Below, piece by piece: positions 1-8,007 of a DNA stretch of 64,000 bases. The DNA is from Candidatus Fermentithermobacillaceae bacterium (lineage in GTDB: Bacteria; Bacillota; Sulfobacillia; Fermentithermobacillales; Fermentithermobacillaceae), in assembly GCA_012842425.1 (NCBI GenBank), contig DUSU01000047.1, positions 1,632 to 65,631 on the forward strand, written 5' to 3'. Position 1 is the first letter of the stretch. Every line of letters starts with the position of its first letter. The translations under genes and the position numbers were made by a program. Under the pieces are notes generated by a model. It worked only from the letters and a program-made list of their open reading frames with translations, made no database searches and was not told where the DNA came from.

Positions 1-1
1 C

Positions 2-676
2 CTGATCCACGGTGGGCTAGCGAACGGAACTAAGGTCAAGATCGACTGGGTTGACGCCGTAAAGCTGGAAGGTATGTCTCAAGAGGAAGTCGCGCGTGTC
101 CTTGAGGGGGCCGACGGCATTCTGGTCCCGGGAGGCTTCGGACACCGGGGTGTGAACGGTAAGGTCGCGGCGATTAGGTACGCGCGTGAGAACAAAGTGC
201 CTTTCTTCGGCATATGTCTCGGGCTCCAGTGCGCCGTCATTGAGGCGGCAAGGAACGTCCTGGGCTATCCGGAAGCCGACTCGACAGAGTTCAGTCCCGA
301 TACGCCTCATCCCGTAATCGACCTTATGCCCGAACAGAAGGACATTGAGGACATGGGAGGCACCATGAGGCGCGGCCTCTACCCGTGCAAGCTCAAAGAG
401 GGTTCCATCTCCCGGAGAGCATACGGGGCCGAGGTCATACAGGAAAGGCACAGGCACCGGTTTGAGGTCAACCCGAGGTACGTCCCTGAACTGACTGCCG
501 CCGGCCTCGAGCCGGTTGGCATTTGGCCTGCAAGAGGCCTGGTTGAGGTGATGGAGCTCCGGGGACACCCCTGGTTCGTGGGATGCCAGTTCCATCCCGA
601 GCTCATCTCCCGACCCAACAGGCCCCATCCGCTTTTTGCCGACTTTATCGGCGCAGCTCTCAAGTATCGCCAATAG
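2..676 (+). CDS. pyrG: CTP synthase, C-terminal glutamine amidotransferase domain (5' end lies outside the window)
   Basis: The frame is open from position 2 with no stop before the first listed ATG. GATase class-I motifs are present (GICLG, catalytic Cys; HRHRFE/FQFHPE C-terminal block) typical of the PyrG C-terminus. Confidence 0.9.
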   Translation: MIHGGLANGTKVKIDWVDAVKLEGMSQEEVARVLEGADGILVPGGFGHRGVNGKVAAIRYARENKVPFFGICLGLQCAVIEAARNVLGYPEADSTEFSPDTPHPVIDLMPEQKDIEDMGGTMRRGLYPCKLKEGSISRRAYGAEVIQERHRHRFEVNPRYVPELTAAGLEPVGIWPARGLVEVMELRGHPWFVGCQFHPELISRPNRPHPLFADFIGAALKYRQ

Positions 677-722
677 TGTGGTAGGATTGGTTTGATCATC
701 TGAACCATTGGAGTGACTGACG

Positions 723-2153
723 ATGAATTCCATGACCGAAGCAAGTGTGAAAAGGCGGGTCGGGATAACCGACACCACTCTCCGGGACGGGCATCAATCG
801 CTTCTGGCCACGCGTATGAAGACGGCAGATATGCTGCCTATCGCGGAGAAGATGGACCGCGTGGGGTACCACTCGGTTGAAGTCTGGGGTGGCGCCACCT
901 TCGACTCGGCCATGCGGTTTCTGAACGAAGACCCGTGGGAGAGGCTTGTGGCCCTTAAGCAAGCGTTCAAGAACACTCCTCTTCAGATGCTCCTACGTGG
1001 ACAAAACCTTGTAGGCTACAAGCATTATCCCGACGATGTAGTAGAGCCGTTCGTGAAGGCGGCCATAAGGAACGGCATCTCCATTATGAGGATCTTCGAT
1101 GCGGTCAACGACGTGCGCAACATGTGGAAGGCCATCGAAGTATCCAAGAACGAAGGAGCTCACGTACAGGCAACGGTCTGCTACACCATAAGCCCGGTGC
1201 ACGACCTGAAGCACTATGTATCGGTCGCCGCCGAGCTCAAGAAGATGGGCGCCGACTCCCTATGCCTCAAGGATATGGCCGGGATTCTCTCGCCCAGCCA
1301 AGCATATGACATCGTGAAGCGCTGGAAAGAAGAGATCGGTCTCCCGGTGCAGGTACACACCCACTACACCTCCGGCATGGGCTCAATGGCGTACCTAAAA
1401 GCCATCGAAGCCGGCGCCGATGTGGTGGACTGCGCCATATCCACCATGTCGATGTCTACCTCGCAGCCACCCGTTGAGTCGATCGTGGCCGCGCTCCAGG
1501 GCACGGTGTATGACACCGGTCTTGACCTGGAGATCCTCTCCGAGCTCGCCCAGTACTTCCAAGAAGTCAGGTCTCATTACGGGCAGTTCGACAAGGCTTC
1601 GCCCACGCCCGACGCCAACGTCTTGAGGTACCAGATCCCCGGCGGCATGATATCCAACTTCATCACCCAGCTCAGGGAGCAGGGGCAGATAGATAAGCTG
1701 CCTGCGGTGCTTGACGAGGTTCCCCGCGTTAAGGCCGATATGGGGCACCCGCCGCTGGTTACCCCGACCAGCCAGATCGTAGGGACCCAAGCCGTTTTGA
1801 ACGTGCTCCTCGGTGAGCGCTACAAGATGGCCACAAACGAGGTCAAGGACTATTTCAGAGGGCTCTACGGCAAGCCGCCTGCGCCCGTCAACCTCGAAAT
1901 CCAGAAGAAGGTGATTGGTGACGAAGAGCCCATTAAGGACCGGCCCGCTGACCATATTGGACCCGGGTACCAGAAGGCCAGGGAAGAGCTCGGTCACCTT
2001 TATACAAAGGAAGAGGATGTCCTCTCCTACGCCTTGTTCCCGCCCCAGGCCAAGAAGTTCCTCGAGGAGAGACTGGCCGCCCGCACCGGAGTGGACCAGA
2101 ACCTCCTGGAACAGTCCAAGAAAGACCATCCGATGGGATACATGCCGGTGTAG
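723..2153 (+). CDS. Oxaloacetate decarboxylase alpha / pyruvate carboxylase subunit B-like carboxyltransferase (5S-type, TIM-barrel HMGL-like), without a C-terminal biotinyl domain
   Basis: The N-terminus GITDTTLRDGHQSL and blocks HTHYTSGMGSMAYLKAIEAGADVVDCAI match the pyruvate/oxaloacetate carboxyltransferase family. The protein ends at 476 aa with no AMKM biotin-attachment motif. RBS GGAGTGAC lies upstream. Confidence 0.8.
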   Translation: MNSMTEASVKRRVGITDTTLRDGHQSLLATRMKTADMLPIAEKMDRVGYHSVEVWGGATFDSAMRFLNEDPWERLVALKQAFKNTPLQMLLRGQNLVGYKHYPDDVVEPFVKAAIRNGISIMRIFDAVNDVRNMWKAIEVSKNEGAHVQATVCYTISPVHDLKHYVSVAAELKKMGADSLCLKDMAGILSPSQAYDIVKRWKEEIGLPVQVHTHYTSGMGSMAYLKAIEAGADVVDCAISTMSMSTSQPPVESIVAALQGTVYDTGLDLEILSELAQYFQEVRSHYGQFDKASPTPDANVLRYQIPGGMISNFITQLREQGQIDKLPAVLDEVPRVKADMGHPPLVTPTSQIVGTQAVLNVLLGERYKMATNEVKDYFRGLYGKPPAPVNLEIQKKVIGDEEPIKDRPADHIGPGYQKAREELGHLYTKEEDVLSYALFPPQAKKFLEERLAARTGVDQNLLEQSKKDHPMGYMPV

Positions 2154-2223
2154 CCCCTTAGGGAATGGCTTCGAGCCGTCTCGGACCATTCTACTTAACG
2201 CTTAAGAACAGAAGCTCGGAACG

Positions 2224-2256
2224 TCGCCGCGCCGCAAAGGTCGCGGCGGCGTTTTC
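2224..2256 (+). terminator. Rho-independent terminator-like hairpin after the carboxyltransferase gene
   Basis: GC stem cgccgcg...cgcggcg followed by a GTTTTCCC tract. Confidence 0.45.
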
Positions 2257-2325
2257 CCAGCGGAGCAGAAGGACTTTCCCGCCTACGCCGCGCGGGCTTC
2301 CGGACAGCCGGGGGGATTACATAAT

Positions 2326-3273
2326 ATGAAGACAGTTCGGATATTCCAGGTGGATGCGTTCACCGATGTGGTCTTCGGTGGGAACCCTGCCGGGGTGGTA
2401 CCCGACGCCACGGGGCTATCCGAGGAGACAATGCAGAAGATAGCCCGGGAGATGGCCTTATCGGAGACCGCCTTCATCATTGACACGCGGGGAAAAGGGC
2501 CTGCTGACTTTGAGGTGCGTTTCTTCACCCCTGTGGCCGAAGTGGACCTTTGTGGGCATGCCACCATTGGCGCCTTCTGGCTCTTGGCGCAGCTCGGGTC
2601 AATACACCGTGTAGCCAAGACGGACGGAGATGAGGTCCGGGTCCACCAGCTCACCAAAGCGGGCAAGCTCCCCGTTGACATCCTATTTGGCTGCGAGGGC
2701 ACACCTTCCAGGGTCATGATGACGCAGAACCTGCCCAAAGTGGTGGGCCGGCCTTCGCGGGAAGAGCTGCGCGAACTGGAGCATATCCTGGGAGCGCCAG
2801 AGGGCTGCATAACGGGATTTGAGGGGGCCGTGCCCCAGGTGGTGTCCACAGGGCTCCCCGACCTCATAGTCCCCGTGACATCGAGAGAAGCCCTGCTATC
2901 AATGAGACCCAACATGGCGGCCGTTTCAGACTTCTGCCTGAGCCGCGGCATCATCAGTGTGCATTGCTTCTCTTTGGAGACACTTGACCCGACCTCTACC
3001 GTCCACTGCCGTGACTTCTCGCCTTCGGTCGGGGTACCTGAGGAATCCGCGACAGGGACCGCCTCGGGCGCGACGGGCGCATATCTCGTCCTGAACCGCC
3101 TTATCGAGGTCACAGAACCGGTCACCAAGATAATCTGCGAGCAAGGGCACATCCTCAGGCGGCCGTCCCTAATCCACGTAGAGGTTGCCACTTACGAAGG
3201 CGAGATAACTTCGGTGAGGGTCGGCGGCAGCGCAGTTACGGTGATTAAGGGCGATATTGTCGTAGAATGCTGA
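2326..3273 (+). CDS. PhzF-family phenazine-biosynthesis-like isomerase
   Basis: N-terminus MKTVRIFQVDAFTDVVFGGNPAGVV and the ETAF/GHATIG blocks are characteristic of the PhzF/YddE family. Confidence 0.8.
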   Translation: MKTVRIFQVDAFTDVVFGGNPAGVVPDATGLSEETMQKIAREMALSETAFIIDTRGKGPADFEVRFFTPVAEVDLCGHATIGAFWLLAQLGSIHRVAKTDGDEVRVHQLTKAGKLPVDILFGCEGTPSRVMMTQNLPKVVGRPSREELRELEHILGAPEGCITGFEGAVPQVVSTGLPDLIVPVTSREALLSMRPNMAAVSDFCLSRGIISVHCFSLETLDPTSTVHCRDFSPSVGVPEESATGTASGATGAYLVLNRLIEVTEPVTKIICEQGHILRRPSLIHVEVATYEGEITSVRVGGSAVTVIKGDIVVEC

Positions 3274-3381
3274 CGTGGCATAATATCCCGTCAAAAGGAT
3301 TATCCATCAACAGGGAGAAAGATCCCCTCTCAAGGAACATGATCGCATTTAAGTCGTCTAACCGCCATAAGAGGTGATCAA

Positions 3382-4026
3382 GTGAAAGGGAGGATCCTTG
3401 TCACAGGGTTCGAGCCTTTCGGAGGCGACGATGTCAACCCTTCAGGCGACGTCCTGAGCACGCTGGAAGGAACGGAGATCTCCGGCTACAAAGTCGTGAC
3501 GGCCTTGCTCCCCGTGGAGTGGGGGACTGTCAGGGACCGTATGGAGGCCCTAATCCGAGAACTTGAGCCCGCAGTGATCCTTTCCCTGGGGCTGGCTGCC
3601 GGAAGGTCCGAGATCTCGGTTGAGAAGGTCGCAATCAACTACACATCCGAGTCGAAGGACAACAAAGGTGTTATCCCGGCAGAACGAGAGATCATCCCAG
3701 GTGCTCCAGACGGGTATTTCGCCACCTTGCCGGCAGAAGAAGTCGTCGAGGCAGTAAGGGCTGAAGGCATTCCCGCCAAGCTCTCGCTGTCCGCAGGGGC
3801 CTACCTCTGCAACTACGCCTTTTTCTGCGCGTCGCATTTGACCAAGCAGGGTGGAGGGAAGACGCAGGTCGGCTTCATTCACATCCCGGCAACGCCCGAG
3901 ATGGTGGCCAAGCGCAAGACAGGCGTGCCGTCTATGGAGCTTAGCCGGATCAAGAGAGCTGTCGAGATTTCTTTGAGAACTGCCGTCAACTCATTCCAAA
4001 ATGTGGGTGACAAAGAAGGATTTTAG
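3382..4026 (+). CDS. pcp: Pyroglutamyl-peptidase I (pyrrolidone-carboxylate peptidase)
   Basis: ILVTGFEPFGG N-terminus with the catalytic-Cys context LSAGAYLCNYAFF and the FIHIP block; GTG start. Confidence 0.85.
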   Translation: MKGRILVTGFEPFGGDDVNPSGDVLSTLEGTEISGYKVVTALLPVEWGTVRDRMEALIRELEPAVILSLGLAAGRSEISVEKVAINYTSESKDNKGVIPAEREIIPGAPDGYFATLPAEEVVEAVRAEGIPAKLSLSAGAYLCNYAFFCASHLTKQGGGKTQVGFIHIPATPEMVAKRKTGVPSMELSRIKRAVEISLRTAVNSFQNVGDKEGF

Positions 4027-4032
4027 TGCGGA

Positions 4033-4066
4033 GCGACGAATACTTTCAGTCGCTAGGTTTTGGTGG
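4033..4066 (+). terminator. Terminator-like hairpin after pcp
   Basis: gcgac...gtcgc stem followed by a T-rich run (ggttttggtggcgttttccc). Confidence 0.35.
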
Positions 4067-4121
4067 CGTTTTCCCATTTTGCGCCACAGGCTGCATAAAG
4101 GGCGATTTGCCTGTGGTTTCC

Positions 4122-4164
4122 TTGACAACATAGATTGACCTTAGTTGGCTGAGGGTGCTATAAT
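4122..4164 (+). promoter_or_regulatory. Strong sigma-A-type promoter candidate for the S-layer gene (-35 TTGACC, 18-bp spacer, extended -10 TGcTATAAT), followed by a ~330-nt leader
   Basis: TTGACA at 4122 and TTGACC at 4135-4140; TGCTATAAT at 4156-4164. The leader holds a hairpin (CACCCTCTC...GAGAGGGTT around 4315-4346) and a strong RBS AAAGGAGG before the ATG at 4499. Confidence 0.55.
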
Positions 4165-4498
4165 CCCCACTAGCCTGGGTGGTTGTCCAATAATCCCAGG
4201 TTAAGTGCGGAAAGTACCGGCGAAACGAAAGGACAATCGAAAGGTGCCTACCCGGAAAAGAGCTCCCGAAGATCGATTTTATGCGGACTCCTTCTTCATA
4301 TCAGAGACAAAGGGAGTCACCCTCTCGGACACTGAGAGAGGGTTAACCGGGCAAGGTGGAAGGCTGTAAAGGAATTTTCGGAAGGGGGGATCCCGGGCAA
4401 TCCGAGACCTAGCGCTTGTAGGAAGTCTTGAGAAGGGCAGTTCACCGGTTAAGTACTCTAAGGGTACCGAAGACCGACAAAGGAGGATAACAGAGAGG

Positions 4499-6961
4499 AT
4501 GTCTAAGAAGATTCTTGCTGTTGCTCTCGCAGCGGCAATGATTCTCGGCCTCGCCAGCGTCGCGTCCGCCGCGTTCATCGACACCGATGGACACGCGCGT
4601 GAAGCCGCCATCCAGAGGCTGTACGGCCTCGGGTTGATCGATGGCTTTGGCGATGGCACCTTCCGTCCGGAAGAGTCGATCACCAGAGCTCAGATCGCCA
4701 AGATGATCGTTTACGCTCTCGGTCTTAAGGATGCCGCCGATATGCTGAGCGGCGTTCCTGTCGGCTTCAGCGATGTTGCCGCCAACCACTGGGCCAGCGG
4801 CTATATCAACATTGCTTCGAGCCAGGGTATCGTCCAGGGTTACCCGGACGGCACTTTCAAGCCTGAGCAGAACGTAACCTACGCCGAGATCCTTACCATG
4901 ATTCTCAGGGCTCTCGGATACGGTCCTGTTCTCAGCCACCTGCCGTGGCCTGCGGGTTACATCACCAAGGCTGCAGAACTCAAGATCAACAAGGGTATCA
5001 ACTTCCTGAGCAATACCTTCGCCACCCGCGGTGACGTTTGCGGCCTCCTGGCCAACGCGCTTACCGTGCCCAAGCTCATCCAGGTTGGGTATGGCGACAC
5101 CGCCCAGTACGTTGTGAGCGGCACCAGCGGTACCACCGCCGTCTTCCTGCTCACCGACATGGGTGCTACCTATGAAGACGGATATCTCGTCAGCGCTCCC
5201 GATCTGTTCGCCAACAACGGCACCACCATCCAGTTGGACGGCGCGGCGGCCAAGAATCTGGCGGACGGTTATACCGTGTCGGGGCTCCTCGGACATTATG
5301 TCCGCACCTGGATCAACGAGGATGGCAAGGTCTTCTACGTTGAGGACATTACGCCTGCCACCCAGGTTAAGACTGCGAAGAACGTAGTGGACAGCGACAC
5401 CGTAACCCTGCCCGACAACACCCCCGCGGATGTACCGACCAATGGGTTGTTCAGGAACTACGCAAGGGTTATCGGCGCCCCGAACCTGGCTTCGGGCGAG
5501 AGCGTCACCCTCATCCTTGATGCCGCAGGGGCGATCAAGTTCGCGGTTGTCAACACCTACACCTGGGGTGTTGTTGACAGCGTTAACCTGAACTACGGCA
5601 GGATCAACTTCAGCGACACCAATGGATCCTCGTCCATCACCCTGAAGGACTACGACATCATCTGGGAAGGCGCTGCCTCGTCTCTCGACGAGCTCACCAA
5701 GAAGGATGTTGTTGAGTACATCAGGAGCACCAGCGACAAGAAGGCTGTCTTGATCGTCACCCGTAACCCGGTTCAGGGCGAGTTCACGAAGCTGGCCGGA
5801 ACCACCGCTACGGTTGACGGTACCGACTACACCGCCATTACCGGCGCCGTAGGAGTGGACATCGGGAAGCTGGGCGGCAATGTTGAGATCCTGCTCAACA
5901 AGGCCGGCAAGATCGTCAAGATGACTGCCCTCACGACTCCTGCTCCCAGCGGAACTACGGCCATTGTTCTGGCTAAGGGTACGGGCTTCGACGGCTTCAC
6001 AACCGTACAGAAGCTGAAGCTGTGGCTAACTGACGGCTCTGAGACCGTCCTTGACCTGGCTGCTACCCTTACGTTCCCGGGCGCCACCGACTCAAACGCT
6101 GATGGCAAGATTCAAGACACCGAGGCAATTGCCTCGCTGGGTCTTGGTGACGTCATCACCTACAAGACCAACTCCAGCGGCAAGATCAACAACGTGACCC
6201 TGGATGTTTCCTGGAAGCCCACGGGTTCTCTGGATATCGACGATGATCTGTCGCTCGTCAAGTTTGGTGGCACGAGGTACAAGGTGACGGCTGACACCCT
6301 GATCCTCAACCTGAAGACGAAGAACGGCGGTGCCGACTTTGACAAGGCCGCGGTCCTCACGGTTAAGGAGTTCCTTGACCTGCCGGCTTCCGGCGAGGTA
6401 GGAGCCGTCGTGTTCACCGGGACTTTCGCCGACTTGATAGTAGTGGTTGACGCGTCGACTCCGGTCAGCGACACGATCTACGGTATGGTCTACGGCAGCT
6501 ACCAGGCCAAGATCGGGTCTTCGGTCCAGAACGTCCTGAGGATCCTGGTCAACGGAACCACCCCGGTTGACTACCCGGCCGGTAGCGCGAGCTACAGCAA
6601 GGAGGCCGTAGTGGCCTTCAAGGTGGCCGACGGTGAAATCAGCACCATCGGTCTGCTGAAGGACGAGAGCGGTATCACCTACACCGCCGGCGATGTTGCC
6701 AGCGATACTTACGATTGGCGCGTCACCGACATCGACCTGGTCAACAACGTGCTCACCCTCAAGCAGATCGACGCTGAGGGTACCGTGAAGCCGAGCTCCA
6801 CCACGAAGTACCTGTGGCTCAGCGATGACACCCTGTACTTCGACGCCACCGCCAGCAACCCGCAGTGGATCAGCGGCAACGATGTCGCGAAGGATTCCAT
6901 CGTCGACGTGTACGTTGACAATAACGGCGTCGTCGTGGTTCTGGTAGTAGTGGGAGACTGA
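4499..6961 (+). CDS. S-layer protein with three N-terminal SLH domains
   Basis: Signal peptide MSKKILAVALAAAMILGLASVASA. SLH repeats follow (FIDTDGHAREAAIQRLYGLGLIDGFGDGTFRPEESITRAQIAKMIV; FSDVAANHWASGYINIASSQGIVQGYPDGTFKP...). The rest is a long Thr/Gly/Val-rich body. Long leader, strong RBS and a strong terminator fit a highly expressed S-layer gene. Confidence 0.85.
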   Translation: MSKKILAVALAAAMILGLASVASAAFIDTDGHAREAAIQRLYGLGLIDGFGDGTFRPEESITRAQIAKMIVYALGLKDAADMLSGVPVGFSDVAANHWASGYINIASSQGIVQGYPDGTFKPEQNVTYAEILTMILRALGYGPVLSHLPWPAGYITKAAELKINKGINFLSNTFATRGDVCGLLANALTVPKLIQVGYGDTAQYVVSGTSGTTAVFLLTDMGATYEDGYLVSAPDLFANNGTTIQLDGAAAKNLADGYTVSGLLGHYVRTWINEDGKVFYVEDITPATQVKTAKNVVDSDTVTLPDNTPADVPTNGLFRNYARVIGAPNLASGESVTLILDAAGAIKFAVVNTYTWGVVDSVNLNYGRINFSDTNGSSSITLKDYDIIWEGAASSLDELTKKDVVEYIRSTSDKKAVLIVTRNPVQGEFTKLAGTTATVDGTDYTAITGAVGVDIGKLGGNVEILLNKAGKIVKMTALTTPAPSGTTAIVLAKGTGFDGFTTVQKLKLWLTDGSETVLDLAATLTFPGATDSNADGKIQDTEAIASLGLGDVITYKTNSSGKINNVTLDVSWKPTGSLDIDDDLSLVKFGGTRYKVTADTLILNLKTKNGGADFDKAAVLTVKEFLDLPASGEVGAVVFTGTFADLIVVVDASTPVSDTIYGMVYGSYQAKIGSSVQNVLRILVNGTTPVDYPAGSASYSKEAVVAFKVADGEISTIGLLKDESGITYTAGDVASDTYDWRVTDIDLVNNVLTLKQIDAEGTVKPSSTTKYLWLSDDTLYFDATASNPQWISGNDVAKDSIVDVYVDNNGVVVVLVVVGD

Positions 6962-6988
6962 GCACACGGTTCTGTAGCGCAGAACACC

Positions 6989-7018
6989 GGGAGGCCCTTC
7001 GGGGCCTCCCTTCATTTT
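6989..7018 (+). terminator. Rho-independent terminator after the S-layer gene
   Basis: Perfect stem GGGAGGCCC-ttcg-GGGCCTCCC followed by TTCATTTT. Confidence 0.75.
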
Positions 7019-7148
7019 CCGAAAAGGAAAGATGGCCTGCGAGGTGGAAATCCTCATTGTGCCTGGAACAAAGAGGGCTGCTGACACGTCTGACCTAATG
7101 GGTCAGGCGTAGTCATATAATGCCGCAACGAACCTTGGGGGGAGATCC

Positions 7149-7982
7149 ATGAAGCGCGGCGGGGTACTGAGGGGTACGTTCCTATGCTTCATGGTGGCTT
7201 TCTACACGCTGGCCTCCTCCCGAGTTGGGTTTTCTGCCTCCGGCCTTGTTCCCTCCGACCAAACTGCAGCTATGCTTCGGGCCAAGGGAGTCATGATTGG
7301 TTACGAAGACGGGTCCATGCGGTGGGAGAACACGGTGACCCGGGCTGAGGCCGTGAAGATCCTCTTGGCTGCTATCGGCGAAGTAGCCCCTTCATTGGGC
7401 AGCGCTCCCATGACATTTCTCGATGTTAGTCTGTCTCATTGGGCGTTCGGGCACATTACTATGGCTTCCGAGATCGGACTGGTCCGGGGGCGTCCGGGCA
7501 AGATATTCGACCCGGACCTGGGAGTAACCATGGCAGAGTTCATGGTGATGGTAAGCCGCGTGTTCGCGGGTCTAGGTGGTGAGGCAAGAGCCGCTGACCC
7601 GCGCGTCAGGATACAGCCTCTGTGGGCGGCCCCTGAAATAGTGGGGTGGCCGGACCTGGTTGAGCTGGTGATTGAGGAGTCGAACTCTGTGAACCTCGAT
7701 TACCCTGCCTCTAGGGGCGAGGTCGGGGTGCTTACTGCCAGGATGATGGAACGGATTGGCCTCGCCTACGACCTTACCGGTGTGGCGGAGCGGATGAGCG
7801 ACGACGGAACGAAGCTTTTCCTCAGGGTGGATGGTGGAGTCGCTTCCATCCAAGTATCTCTCTCGAGCAAAGTTTCTTGGTTCGCCGGCGGAGCGGCTTC
7901 CAATTCTCAGTCCCTCATGGGTCGCAAGGTCAGAGTTGTCCTGGATACGTCAGGTAGGGCGTCGGTAATTGTTGGGTTGTAG
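7149..7982 (+). CDS. SLH-domain-containing cell-surface protein
   Basis: Signal peptide, then SLH-like repeats (MLRAKGVMIGYEDGSMRWENTVTRAEAVKILL; FLDVSLSHWAFGHITMASEIGLVRGRPGKIFDP). RBS GGGGGGAG upstream. Confidence 0.7.
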   Translation: MKRGGVLRGTFLCFMVAFYTLASSRVGFSASGLVPSDQTAAMLRAKGVMIGYEDGSMRWENTVTRAEAVKILLAAIGEVAPSLGSAPMTFLDVSLSHWAFGHITMASEIGLVRGRPGKIFDPDLGVTMAEFMVMVSRVFAGLGGEARAADPRVRIQPLWAAPEIVGWPDLVELVIEESNSVNLDYPASRGEVGVLTARMMERIGLAYDLTGVAERMSDDGTKLFLRVDGGVASIQVSLSSKVSWFAGGAASNSQSLMGRKVRVVLDTSGRASVIVGL

Positions 7983-8007
7983 GTGTAGACGGCTTGGGGT
8001 GAGGCTT

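Noticed and set aside
17-778. 253-aa minus-strand ORF antisense to pyrG, and similar long antisense ORFs (e.g. 1395-2189, 2283-3191, 4442-5296, 6092-7087, 18926-19591, 35700-36233, 48980-49651, 50974-51843, 55087-55929, 56790-57335, 60818-61324)
   Set aside because: Each lies entirely inside a well-supported gene on the other strand. Their compositions are Arg/Gly/Pro-rich, typical of GC-rich antisense frames, and they lack RBSs. High GC suppresses stop codons.
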